Positions 46,929 to 56,510 of a stretch of 64,000 nt of DNA are shown here, piece after piece. The first letter of the stretch is position 1; every line of letters starts with the position of its first letter. Both the position numbers and the translations under genes were made by a program. This DNA comes from a virus (taxonomy: Duplodnaviria; Caudoviricetes). The notes under the pieces were generated by a model that ran no database searches, was not told where the DNA came from, and saw nothing but the letters and a program-made list of their open reading frames with translations. The DNA lies in the IMG/VR virus record IMGVR_UViG_3300033163_000002, positions 1,340-65,339 of that record, one strand, 5' to 3'.

Positions 46929-47810
46929 ATGAAAAACTTACAAGAACGATTGCAGATATACAAAGAAGTCCGCCAGGATCTTATAAAAGCGGACAAAGAA
47001 ATGGGGGACGTTATCCCTTCCATTTACTTGGGGTTGTGTAGTTACTTCTGCCACCTGGGATATATTAACGAAGTAAGTTCAAAGGAACTTTGCATCAAGT
47101 TTCCTGGGTTGTTGGAGGCCTACAAAGAAATGAATCTCCCAGATCTTATTGCTCCAGATAAATATAGCGGATATTGGTTTCCTATGGGTGATTTGTCCAA
47201 CCGTGTGCGCCTTTTGGAATTGGCGATGGATATAATAAAAGGAAGATTGAAAAAGGCCGCTGAATTATTCCCATCAAAGGATTCAATTGATGCCTTTGTC
47301 TTTGCCTGTCAAAAAATGAAGGAAGCCACTGATTCATTTTCCCCCAAAACAAACACGACAAAACAAATGGAACCATTCACAATCGGCGGTCCCGGCCCCT
47401 TACAAAAAGCGTTTGCTGAAATGGCAGGGTTTGAAATTGTGAAAAGTTTTGATTTTGACCACTCTTTCTTGTATGGAACTGAGTATTCAAAAAAATTAAA
47501 GCGATTCCACCAGCGTCTTATAAAAAAATCGCTCCACTTTGAACTCCCCCAACAATGGAATGAAGCAATGGCCTATACCCGCCGGTTTTATTCCCAACCG
47601 GAGGAATCAGAAAAAGGGTATTTCAAATTCAAAAGGGAACATGATTTGAGTACCAGACCAACCGCCCCGCTTATGATAGCAGATGGTATTACAAGACCCG
47701 GGGATGATCGGTTTTCTGTTCTGGTGATACATCCTGAATATGAATTGGAGGTTATCCCCAACTATTACAAAAAAAATACCGGGATACGATTTCATAAAAA
47801 ACAATCCTAA
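46929..47810 (+). CDS. Hypothetical protein, paralog of 46217
   Basis: YLGLCSYF..G..YWF..D..NRV.LLE.A domain; start refined to MKNLQE. Confidence 0.65.
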   Translation: MKNLQERLQIYKEVRQDLIKADKEMGDVIPSIYLGLCSYFCHLGYINEVSSKELCIKFPGLLEAYKEMNLPDLIAPDKYSGYWFPMGDLSNRVRLLELAMDIIKGRLKKAAELFPSKDSIDAFVFACQKMKEATDSFSPKTNTTKQMEPFTIGGPGPLQKAFAEMAGFEIVKSFDFDHSFLYGTEYSKKLKRFHQRLIKKSLHFELPQQWNEAMAYTRRFYSQPEESEKGYFKFKREHDLSTRPTAPLMIADGITRPGDDRFSVLVIHPEYELEVIPNYYKKNTGIRFHKKQS

Positions 47811-47823
47811 ATACACATAACCC

Positions 47824-48312
47824 ATGAACTACGAAAAAGACATAACCATCGATGAATCCGGACTGGATATTGAATGGTTGAATCAACCCCGGTTGATGAT
47901 CCAATATGCCACACATCTGGCAGAAATGAGCCTTCGTCTGGATAAAAAGAAATCCCTGCTGGAATTGAAAAAGGCAGAATTGGATAAAGCGATCCGGGGG
48001 AATCCTGATAGGTTTGGCGTGGCAAAACCTACTGAAACAGCCATCCTGAATGCGATCATGATGAATGAAGAATATCAGGAAATTGAGCATCAGGTTTTGG
48101 ACGCCAAATATCAGGTGGATATTGCCAAAGCCGCTGTCCGGGCGATTGATGGAAAAAAGGATGCTCTGGAGAATCTTGTCCGGCTTCATGGACAGCAATA
48201 TTTTGCCGGCCCAAAATTACCAAGGGATCTGTCTGCTGAATGGGAAAGAAAAATGTCCCAACGGCGGGTAGATAGTGGGGTGGCAGAAAAACTAAGGAGG
48301 ACCAAAAAATGA
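47824..48312 (+). CDS. UvsY-like recombination mediator
   Basis: Coiled-coil; K.TE.AI.N.I...EEY, A..A...KK..LE.L..L....YF pattern; precedes SSB and RecA. Confidence 0.6.
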   Translation: MNYEKDITIDESGLDIEWLNQPRLMIQYATHLAEMSLRLDKKKSLLELKKAELDKAIRGNPDRFGVAKPTETAILNAIMMNEEYQEIEHQVLDAKYQVDIAKAAVRAIDGKKDALENLVRLHGQQYFAGPKLPRDLSAEWERKMSQRRVDSGVAEKLRRTKK

Positions 48313-48450
48313 GATGGTATACCTTGTTAATCCTGATTCTTGCGACCCCTTTTTTGACATATTTGTTTTCATATCTGTGGCATCATGCCCAGATGTCCGC
48401 TTGGATCTCAAAATTCAATGAATATTTACACTCAAAAAAATCACAAAAAA

Positions 48451-49683
48451 ATGAAGAAAAAAGGTAGTTTCAGGGGAAAGGTCGCAAGGGACGCCCAAAG
48501 GCAAAAAAAATCATCCAACAGCTACGGGTATCTTTCCCTTCCCCGCGATTTGAATGTTTTCAAAGAAGATCCGGGTGGTCGGATCCGGATCGACATCATG
48601 CCCTATCTGGTTACCGATGAAAGGCATCCCGACCGCAACGACGAATTGGGGATCGCGGTTCCGGGGGAATTGTGGTATAAACGTCCGTTCAAAGTTCACC
48701 GGAATATCGGGGCAAACAATGATTTGATGATCTGCCCCACGAGCATCGGAAAACGTTGCCCCATCTGCGAATACCGGGCTAAGCGTTTGAAAGAAGGCGC
48801 CGAAAAAGAAGAAACCGACGCAATGCGGCCTTCCCTGCGGAATCTGTATGTGGTGATTCCCATCGGACATAAAAAGTTTGATGAAAAGCCACACATCTGG
48901 GACATCTCCCAATTCCTTTTCCAAAATCTGCTCAACGAAGAACTGGAAGAAAATCCAGATTTTGAAATCTTCCCGGATCTGGAAGAGGGGATGACTTTGC
49001 GGGTTCGGTTTGATTCCAAAACCATCGGAAAAAGCCAACCCTTCGCTGATGCCAATCGGATTGATTTTGAAGAAAGGGAAGAAATCTACGATGAAAAGAT
49101 CATGAAATCGATTCCAAATCTGGATGAAATCCTGATCGTCCCATCCTACAAGGAACTGGAATTAAAGTTCTTTGAAATGGAAGATCATGATCCGGAGGAT
49201 TCTGTGGCTGAGCCGGATCCTGATGAGGATCTGAATGATCCTGATCCCCCGGTTCGTCGGAAAAAGGCTGACCCGGATCCTGATGATGATGACCCGGAAC
49301 CCCCGACCCGTCGCCGGAAAAAGACTGACCCGGAGCCGGATCCCGATGATGATCCGGAACACCTGGCGCACTGGAAAAAGACTGACCCGGAGCCGGATCC
49401 CGATGATGATCCGGAACCCCCGACCCGTCGCCGGAAAAAGACTGACCCGGAGCTGGATCCCGATGATGATCCCCCAGTTCGCCGGAAAAAGACTGACCCG
49501 GAGCCGGATCCCGATGATGATCCAGAACCCCCTGCCCGAACCAAAAAAGGAAAGGCAAAGGATGATGACGCCCAGAAATGTCCGCATGGTTTCAAATTTG
49601 GAAGGGATTGCGAAAAATATGACGAATGTGAAGATTGTGACATCTGGAATGATTGCTATGATGCCCAACAACAAATGAAATGA
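48451..49683 (+). CDS. Single-stranded DNA-binding protein (gp32-like) with repeat-expanded acidic tail
   Basis: H..IG..N..ICP....CPICE, RNLY.V, G..L.V.F; long DP-rich C-terminus; start refined to MKKKGSF. Confidence 0.72.
   Translation: MKKKGSFRGKVARDAQRQKKSSNSYGYLSLPRDLNVFKEDPGGRIRIDIMPYLVTDERHPDRNDELGIAVPGELWYKRPFKVHRNIGANNDLMICPTSIGKRCPICEYRAKRLKEGAEKEETDAMRPSLRNLYVVIPIGHKKFDEKPHIWDISQFLFQNLLNEELEENPDFEIFPDLEEGMTLRVRFDSKTIGKSQPFADANRIDFEEREEIYDEKIMKSIPNLDEILIVPSYKELELKFFEMEDHDPEDSVAEPDPDEDLNDPDPPVRRKKADPDPDDDDPEPPTRRRKKTDPEPDPDDDPEHLAHWKKTDPEPDPDDDPEPPTRRRKKTDPELDPDDDPPVRRKKTDPEPDPDDDPEPPARTKKGKAKDDDAQKCPHGFKFGRDCEKYDECEDCDIWNDCYDAQQQMK
49210..49535 (+). repeat. ~60-bp imperfect tandem repeats (KKTDPEPDPDDDPEPPTRRR)
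   Basis: aaaaagactgacccggagccggatcccgatgatgatcc recurs about five times. Confidence 0.9.
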
Positions 49684-50024
49684 TAAAAGAAGAAAAACGG
49701 CTTGTCGGGGCTTATTTGTCCCGACGGGCCGCTTCCTATCTGGAGTTGTATGCCAACGCCCATCAGATCAGCAAGTCCCAGATTATCCGGACTGCCGTGG
49801 ATCTTTGGACTCAGGAAAAAATCCAAAGCAATTGCACAAATGATCTTATTAAATTGATTACAGCCCGGAAACAGTTGAATTGGAATCGATTGAAACAAGG
49901 GATCAGTGAAGCAGAAAAATGTTCTGTTTATAATTCCTTTGTGAAATCAGTTTTGAATGATTTGAGTAATCGGGGAATTGATTATTCTATTGTCAAACAA
50001 ATCGTTGGAGGGCTCCAGATATGA
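49680..50024 (+). CDS. Putative ribbon-helix-helix DNA-binding protein
   Basis: LVGAYL....L..YA....ISKSQIIR.AV pattern. Confidence 0.5.
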   Translation: MIKEEKRLVGAYLSRRAASYLELYANAHQISKSQIIRTAVDLWTQEKIQSNCTNDLIKLITARKQLNWNRLKQGISEAEKCSVYNSFVKSVLNDLSNRGIDYSIVKQIVGGLQI

Positions 50025-51067
50025 AGCGAACAGCAAAAGCATTGGGGACACAAATGAAAGAATCTGCCAACAAACCAATCAAAGAAAAAAGGGAATATGA
50101 TGGGGACACCTCCATCATGATATCCACTGGATCTACCTTGTTGGACCTGGCCATAAGCGGCGGTAGGGTACGTGGCGGTGGAATCCCCGGTGGTATATTG
50201 GTGGAAATATTTGGGCCGTCTGGTGCTGGGAAAACCGTGCTGTTATGCGAAATTGCCGGGGCCGTGCAAAGACATGGCGGGCAGATAATGTTCCATGATC
50301 CTGAAGCGCGGTTAAACAAACAATTCGCCCGCATGTTTGACCTGGACACGGACTTAATGGATTACGATACCCCAAATACTATCCCTGAGGTTTTTTCTCG
50401 CGTCCGCAAATGGGAGCCGGACAGCAACAAAAAGATTAACGGGGTGTTTGCCGATTCATTGGCAGCCCTTTCCACCGACATGGAAATGGAAAAGGATGAA
50501 GGTGATAAGATGGGCATGCGGCGGGCAAAGGAATTCAGCGAAGAATTGCGGAAAACCTGTCGCATATTAACCGAACAAAACCTATTGATGGTATGCAGTA
50601 ATCAGGTGCGGATGAACTTGGATGCCGGGCCGTATGGCCAAAAATACATTAGCCCCGGCGGGGAAAGCATTGGTTTTTATTCTTCCCTGCGGTTGCGTGC
50701 CGGTCGTGCCCAAAAGATCAAGGAAAAAGTAAAAGTGGCGGGTAAAGAGGTTACGCGTATTGTTGGTGTGGAAACCGAGATTGAGGTATTTAAATCCAGT
50801 ATTTGGAAACCGCACCGCACCGCCCTTATTACCATTATTTTTGATTACGGTATTGATGATGTGAAAGCCAATTTGCAATTTTTGAAAGACTTCACCAACG
50901 CCACGGTGTACACCATCGGCGATCGACAATTGGATCGGTCAATGAAACAGGCGATTGAAATAATTGAGGAAGAGGGGTTGGAAAAAGAATTGCGTGAAGA
51001 GGTGATTGATCTTTGGATGGAAATTGAAGAAAAGTTTAAAACTGAACGTAAACCAAAACAACGATGA
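50021..51067 (+). CDS. recA: RecA/UvsX-like recombinase
   Basis: ISTGS..LD.A..GGIP.G..VEIFGPSGAGKT, DPE, DSLAAL, NQVR, PGG..IGFYSSLR. Confidence 0.93.
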   Translation: MKRTAKALGTQMKESANKPIKEKREYDGDTSIMISTGSTLLDLAISGGRVRGGGIPGGILVEIFGPSGAGKTVLLCEIAGAVQRHGGQIMFHDPEARLNKQFARMFDLDTDLMDYDTPNTIPEVFSRVRKWEPDSNKKINGVFADSLAALSTDMEMEKDEGDKMGMRRAKEFSEELRKTCRILTEQNLLMVCSNQVRMNLDAGPYGQKYISPGGESIGFYSSLRLRAGRAQKIKEKVKVAGKEVTRIVGVETEIEVFKSSIWKPHRTALITIIFDYGIDDVKANLQFLKDFTNATVYTIGDRQLDRSMKQAIEIIEEEGLEKELREEVIDLWMEIEEKFKTERKPKQR

Positions 51068-51312
51068 AGACAGCTACAGAAATTAACCAACACCTACGGC
51101 AATGTAGAAAAGGTAGGATGAAACTATTAACCCAACATAATGATTTAAATCAAATTGATATGCAGAGCGGGGGAGGTTACGGGCTTCAAAAAAAGATTGC
51201 TAATTATGAAGGGCAGATTGATGCATTGAACTGGGTATTATCCGGTCGTGGGGCAAATAAATTTCCAGATTTACCGGATGACTGTAATGCAACAGAATCA
51301 GATATTTATTAA
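51064..51312 (+). CDS. Hypothetical protein
   Basis: 82 aa; ATGA overlap with recA. Confidence 0.6.
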   Translation: MKTATEINQHLRQCRKGRMKLLTQHNDLNQIDMQSGGGYGLQKKIANYEGQIDALNWVLSGRGANKFPDLPDDCNATESDIY

Positions 51313-51333
51313 CCATATAAACAACGATAAGTT

Positions 51334-51534
51334 ATGGAAACTCTTTTGATAATTGCAGCCGCTCTGTTATATCTTTTCATAGGAAGGGTGGTTGCTCAGA
51401 TATATGTACAATGGCATTTTGATCCTTATGGTCACCGGACTGATATGGTTTTGTGGACGTTTACATGGCCATTGGTTTTAGTGTGGTGGGCATTTGATGT
51501 CTTTGTTAATTGGATTGATAATAAATTCTTTTAA
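51334..51534 (+). CDS. Small membrane protein
   Basis: Two hydrophobic segments. Confidence 0.55.
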   Translation: METLLIIAAALLYLFIGRVVAQIYVQWHFDPYGHRTDMVLWTFTWPLVLVWWAFDVFVNWIDNKFF

Positions 51535-51543
51535 ACCAAAATT

Positions 51544-51744
51544 GTGATGGGGAAAACACCATTAAATACACTCAAAAAAGAAGCAGTTAAAGTTGTATTA
51601 TCTATAAAGGTAGTTAACTCTGATGATCTTGTTGAAAACATCATACAGTTCCATAATCTTTATGCGGCATTGGGGCAGATTATTGATGATGCGTATGCAG
51701 AAGGATATCGAAACGGGGTTGAAATTTCATTAAAAGACAATTAA
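51544..51744 (+). CDS. Hypothetical protein
   Basis: 66 aa; AY.EGY..G motif common in phage small proteins. Confidence 0.55.
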   Translation: MMGKTPLNTLKKEAVKVVLSIKVVNSDDLVENIIQFHNLYAALGQIIDDAYAEGYRNGVEISLKDN

Positions 51745-51965
51745 CAACGATGAAAATACGTATTGAAATACTGTCGTTCGGCTGGACGAAGCATTACAGG
51801 GGAAATCCGTTTGTTTTCCATTTATCATAAAGGTAACAAAAGAAGCCTATTCCATTTTATTGCACTGCCGCCGGCATGGTATCCATTAGTTTTACGCAAA
51901 AAGGGTACGCATGATGTTCCTATGAATATTTCCCTTAGCATTTTTTGGATTATAATAAAACCGTA

Positions 51966-52382
51966 ATGAAAAGAACCAAGCAGCCGACTCCCCCTAAAAA
52001 GCGTATCAGTGTTTCATCAGCCAAAGCCAAAGGGCGCAGTCTGCAACAATGGGTATGCCAAAAGGTATCCGAATTGACCGGATTTGAATGGGGATCCAGT
52101 GGATCGGATTCCCCGATTGAATCCCGGCCGATGGGGCAGTCTGGGTGTGACATCCGAATGGAATCACAGGTGCGGGAAAAATTCCCCTTTTCTGTGGAAT
52201 GCAAATTTCAGGAATCATGGTCAGTTCATTCATGGATTGAGCAGGCAAAAGATAATCAACAAAAAGGGACGGCATGGTTATTGGTGTGTAAGAAAAGCCG
52301 GAAAGATCCAGTTGTTATCATGGATGCTTGTTCCTTTTTCAAAATCTTACAAAGCATTGGATCCAGAAATATTCAAATATAA
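51966..52382 (+). CDS. Holliday junction resolvase-like PD-(D/E)xK nuclease
   Basis: KAKGR.L..WV, G..G.DI, FSVECK..ESW. Confidence 0.8.
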   Translation: MKRTKQPTPPKKRISVSSAKAKGRSLQQWVCQKVSELTGFEWGSSGSDSPIESRPMGQSGCDIRMESQVREKFPFSVECKFQESWSVHSWIEQAKDNQQKGTAWLLVCKKSRKDPVVIMDACSFFKILQSIGSRNIQI

Positions 52383-52610
52383 AAATGAACCCCAAGTGGT
52401 TGGTGATATCCGGGGCAAGCAACCCCCGATCAAAGATCTGGAATACGACCCATTAGCCCTCCGCCATCACCTATGGACGGAGTCCGGATTGGAATACATT
52501 CGGCAAAATTGGAAGGATCTTTCTGATCAGGAAATGTCTAAGCGATTATTCAGGACAAAAAGGGGAGTTGCCGCCCAGCGCATTCTACTTGGATTAAAGC
52601 GGAAAAGGGT

Positions 52611-52922
52611 ATGGGAATGATTTCATTTTATGCGATTCTGGGAATCATAGGGTTGATTTCCCTGATTGTGATCATTATCATGGTTAAATCATGGGTGAAA
52701 GAAATCCGGGATCTGGCCCAATTCCGGGAAACCCTTTTACCGGGGGATGTCATCCGAGTTCAGGGCAGACCGGGGATCCATCTGATGTATAAAGATCTTT
52801 GCGATGGAAGGATTGTAATTCAGGAAAATGGGACCGAGCGATTTCCAACAGTCCATTTATGTGATGTTTATCCGGTTCCTGAATCTAATGTTGAATGGGA
52901 AATAACGACAAGCCATGATTAA
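52611..52922 (+). CDS. Membrane-anchored hypothetical protein
   Basis: N-terminal transmembrane helix. Confidence 0.55.
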   Translation: MGMISFYAILGIIGLISLIVIIIMVKSWVKEIRDLAQFRETLLPGDVIRVQGRPGIHLMYKDLCDGRIVIQENGTERFPTVHLCDVYPVPESNVEWEITTSHD

Positions 52923-53994
52923 ATCATTGAAGATTGATAATTTCCAAAGCCATGCGGATTCTTTTTTGGAGTTTCATCCGGGGGTGAATATCATCATCGG
53001 GGGATCTGATTCCGGGAAAACCGCTATTATCAGGGCTCTGCGCTATGTGACCACCAACCGCCCCAGCGGGGAAGAATTCCGGAGCCATTGGGGCGGGGAT
53101 ACCCGGATATGCATTGAAACAGGGGAAGGAAAAAAGATTTCCCGGATCAAAGGAAATGACAATTTATATGATATAGCATACGCCGGCCTTGAAACCAAAG
53201 GACAGACATTTCGGGCATTCGGAACAGATGTCCCCGATGAAATTCAAAAGGCCCTAAATCTGAATGAAATCAACCTGCAAATGCAATTGGACCGACCTTT
53301 CCTTTTGGATTCATCCTCCGGGGAAGTGGCCCAGCATTTCAATAAAATTGCCCATCTGGATCAGATCAATTCCGGATTGCAAAAGGTGCATTCATGGATT
53401 CAGGGGTTGAAGAATGAAGAAAGGGCAAAGGAAATCCAGTTGAAGGAGTTGGAATTGGAATTGGAAAAATTTCAGCATCTGGAAAAATTTGAAATTGAGG
53501 TGGAAGTTTTGGAAGAGCAGGAAAAAACGCTGGGATCACTCCAAAACAAGCGAACAAAATTAGATCAATTGATCAGATCCATCCAGCAGATTGATCAGGA
53601 ATTGGAAGACAAGGATCAGATCCTTCAAAAAGAATCCGATGTAAACGCCTTGATTGATCAGATTCAGAATCGGGATTCCCTTTCCCAGAAAAAACAAGAT
53701 CTTTCCAAAATCATCATATCCATCCGCTTGACAGATACTGATATTCAGGAATTGCAACATATCATCGATCTGGATGGAATGGTTCGGGAATTGACCAAGA
53801 CCGTGGAAGCGAAGGAAGTGTTGATTGAAAGGCAATCCCGCTTGACATTGGCGATTGAAGAAATCAACAAGAATTCCCAGCGATTGGTGAAAATGGAAGA
53901 AAAATTACGGAATCTGGAATTCCGATTCAAAAAAGAATATCCGGATGTTTGTCCTTTCTGTGGATCTAAATTGAAGAAAGATGAAAAGAAATAA
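52915..53994 (+). CDS. SbcC/Rad50-like ATPase, N-terminal half
   Basis: NFQSH, G.N.I.G.SDSGKTAI, Q-loop QMQLD, coiled coil ending in a CPFC hook. Confidence 0.88.
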   Translation: MIKSLKIDNFQSHADSFLEFHPGVNIIIGGSDSGKTAIIRALRYVTTNRPSGEEFRSHWGGDTRICIETGEGKKISRIKGNDNLYDIAYAGLETKGQTFRAFGTDVPDEIQKALNLNEINLQMQLDRPFLLDSSSGEVAQHFNKIAHLDQINSGLQKVHSWIQGLKNEERAKEIQLKELELELEKFQHLEKFEIEVEVLEEQEKTLGSLQNKRTKLDQLIRSIQQIDQELEDKDQILQKESDVNALIDQIQNRDSLSQKKQDLSKIIISIRLTDTDIQELQHIIDLDGMVRELTKTVEAKEVLIERQSRLTLAIEEINKNSQRLVKMEEKLRNLEFRFKKEYPDVCPFCGSKLKKDEKK

Positions 53995-54880
53995 ATTGCC
54001 GGAATCCAGAAAACCAATGTTCATCGCCACGGCGGATTGGCATTTAAGGGAAGATACCCCCATTTGCCGGACAGATGATTTCTGGGCCGCACAATGGGCG
54101 AAGGTGGAATTTGTCCGGGGATTGCAGGAAAAGCATAATTGCCCAGTTCTTCATGCCGGGGATCTTTTCCACCAATGGAAGGCATCCCCATATCTGTTAA
54201 GCGAATGCATTCAAAGGCTTCCGGAAAAAATGTATGTGGTTTATGGGAATCATGATCTCCCACAACACAATCTGGATCTTTCCATAAAAAGCGGATTGCG
54301 GGTTTTGGTGGAAGCCGGGATTCTGAATCTGCTCGAAGAATGCCACTGGGGAAAGATCCCGGAAAAAGGATCTTTGCTTTTCCCGATCAATGATGCATCG
54401 GTTCTGGTCTGGCATGTCTTTACTTACCAAGGGAAATCCCCATGGCCGGGATGCACCGCCATGACCGGGGATCAGATCCTGAAAAAATATACAGATTTTG
54501 ATATCATCATCACCGGGGATAACCACAAGACCTTTGTAGTTGAGGATGGGTCCCGATTATTGATCAATCCGGGAAGCCTTTCCCGGCAGACAGCTGATCA
54601 GGATGATCATAAGCCGGTTGTGTTTCTTGTTTATCCGGATCCACCCTATTATGAAGCGATCCAGATCCCGATTGATGCCGGGGTGGTTAGCCGGGAGCAT
54701 TTGGATCGGGTTGAAGAAAGGGACGAAAGGATTGATGCCTTTGTTTCCCAATTGAATGATAATTGGGAGATTGCGTTGAATTTTGAAGAGAACCTGAAAA
54801 GATTCGCCAACAATAATCAGATCCGCCAATCGGTTATGAATATCGTGTATGCCGCTATCGATCAAAATAAGAGCGTTTAA
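53981..54880 (+). CDS. SbcD/Mre11-like nuclease
   Basis: ADWH, AGDLF, GNHD, H, GDNH, NPGS. Confidence 0.88.
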   Translation: MKRNKLPESRKPMFIATADWHLREDTPICRTDDFWAAQWAKVEFVRGLQEKHNCPVLHAGDLFHQWKASPYLLSECIQRLPEKMYVVYGNHDLPQHNLDLSIKSGLRVLVEAGILNLLEECHWGKIPEKGSLLFPINDASVLVWHVFTYQGKSPWPGCTAMTGDQILKKYTDFDIIITGDNHKTFVVEDGSRLLINPGSLSRQTADQDDHKPVVFLVYPDPPYYEAIQIPIDAGVVSREHLDRVEERDERIDAFVSQLNDNWEIALNFEENLKRFANNNQIRQSVMNIVYAAIDQNKSV

Positions 54881-54992
54881 AGCCCCGTGCCTTTGGGTGG
54901 GGGGAATATATGATTTTGCAATTATCGCCGGCGTGGGCGAGCGAGAATCAGCCTACAGCCGCTTTTTATGATCAACTTTAAATCTGAACATC

Positions 54993-55229
54993 ATGGATGA
55001 AACAAGATTATTTGAATTGAAACAGGAAATTGACGAAGCAAAAGAAGAAGTCGGGGAATTGAAAGGGAAGAAAAAACTTTTGCTGGAGCAATTGAAAGAA
55101 CAATGGGGATGTGCTTCCATTGATCAGGCTGCGAAAAAAATGGAAGAGTTTTCCAAGCAGATCCAAAAGTTGGAGACATCCATTGAAACCGGATTGAAAG
55201 AATTGGAGGAAAAATATGCAGACGAGTAA
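54993..55229 (+). CDS. Small coiled-coil protein
   Basis: 78-aa heptad pattern between the nuclease and the Rad50 C-terminal half. Confidence 0.65.
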   Translation: MDETRLFELKQEIDEAKEEVGELKGKKKLLLEQLKEQWGCASIDQAAKKMEEFSKQIQKLETSIETGLKELEEKYADE

Positions 55230-55857
55230 GATTGAAGATTTCCGCAGAAAACTGGAACGCCAGAAAGGGGAATTCCAACGGATTCAAAAATCCATCCATC
55301 AGGGGAAGGAAAAAAGGACATGGATCCGGAAAGATCTTCGCAAGCATGAACAAGCCCGGGAGATCATCCGGGAGGTTGGATTAAAGACCCAACAGCAATT
55401 GCAATATCATATTTCCGATATTACATCACTGGCCTTGGATGCGGTCTTTCCAGATCCGTATGAATTGGTTGCCGAGTTTGTTCAACGAAGAAATAAGACC
55501 GAATGCGATCTTTATTTTGAAAGGGATGGTGATCGCATGGATCCGATTTCGGCATCCGGGGGTGGGGCCGTGGATGTGGCCGCTTTTGCCCTTCGCATTG
55601 CTTCATGGTCGATGCAAAATCCCCGATCCCGGAACACAATTATTTTGGATGAACCGATGCGATTCCTGAGCGCAAATTTGCAGGATCGGGCTTCCCAAAT
55701 GATCAAGCAGATATCTACAAAATTAAATATTCAATTTATCATCATAACCCATGAAGAGGCCCTGACCGAGCATGCGGATTCCATCTTCCAAGTAGGTATC
55801 AAAAAAGGGAGATCCCAGATCAAAAAAATCAGCGAAAACGAAGATATGGTGAAATAA
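55216..55857 (+). CDS. SbcC/Rad50-like ATPase, C-terminal half
   Basis: Signature ASGGG, Walker B ILDEP, H-loop IITH. Confidence 0.88.
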   Translation: MQTSKIEDFRRKLERQKGEFQRIQKSIHQGKEKRTWIRKDLRKHEQAREIIREVGLKTQQQLQYHISDITSLALDAVFPDPYELVAEFVQRRNKTECDLYFERDGDRMDPISASGGGAVDVAAFALRIASWSMQNPRSRNTIILDEPMRFLSANLQDRASQMIKQISTKLNIQFIIITHEEALTEHADSIFQVGIKKGRSQIKKISENEDMVK

Positions 55858-55883
55858 ATTTATTTCCATATTTACAAGGCTGG

Positions 55884-55989
55884 AAGCCACGCTATATACC
55901 AAAATCGACGATCGGAGACGCAGTAATATAAGTATATCAAAAAGGGGTGTAAATTCGTCTATGGCCCTCTTTTGCGCCTTATTTGCGAA
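55884..55989. repeat. ~106-bp intergenic element, inverted copy of 26011-26116
   Basis: Ungapped reverse-complement match; mismatches cluster in a ~15-nt central patch. Confidence 0.85.
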
Positions 55990-56007
55990 ACCGCAAAAAC
56001 GACAAAA

Positions 56008-56295
56008 ATGAACGAAAAACCATTCAGAATCCGCGCAAAAAATGCTATAAAACAGGCAATAAAATTGCGTCTATTTTTGCTAAAACATAACAAAAGCATG
56101 AATGGAATTACATATGATCAATGCACAAATGTTTCTGAAAAAATGGATCCAATTCGCAGTGATCGGCAGTTTGCAAAATTGCTTTCCGAACAGGGAGATC
56201 TGATCCTGAATTTCATTCCAAGCAGCCAACCAAGGTTGATCTACAATATGCGAAAATTGATTTATGAATCCAATTCAATCCTACAAGAAAAATGA
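56008..56295 (+). CDS. Hypothetical protein
   Basis: Start refined to MNEKPF. Confidence 0.55.
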   Translation: MNEKPFRIRAKNAIKQAIKLRLFLLKHNKSMNGITYDQCTNVSEKMDPIRSDRQFAKLLSEQGDLILNFIPSSQPRLIYNMRKLIYESNSILQEK

Positions 56296-56510
56296 AAGAT
56301 TTAAGTGTTGGGGATCTGGTCCGATTCGACGGATCGGATGAACTTTTGGAAGTGATCGAGGTCCCAGAAAATCTGTCAGTATTATCCATAATCCGGATGC
56401 AATGCCCCAAAGGGACAAGAATTGTCCGGTGTGAATATGGAGCGTTTATGGATGGGAAAATCCGGATTATTCAATCGCCATCTCATCATAAAACTTCAGA
56501 CGAAAGTTAG
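56292..56510 (+). CDS. Hypothetical protein
   Basis: L.VGD.V.F small beta protein; last plus-strand gene before the convergence point. Confidence 0.55.
   Translation: MKDLSVGDLVRFDGSDELLEVIEVPENLSVLSIIRMQCPKGTRIVRCEYGAFMDGKIRIIQSPSHHKTSDES

Noticed and set aside
2338-49240. Other CTGATGA occurrences (for example ~2341, ~27845, ~38295, ~49221) as extra hammerheads
   Set aside because: They lie inside coding regions and lack a stem II-GAAA-stem III-UH arrangement.
52084-52620. 178-aa ORF overlapping the resolvase gene
   Set aside because: The N-terminal 100 codons overlap the resolvase in another frame. Only the C-terminal HTH-like part may be real, and I could not place its start.
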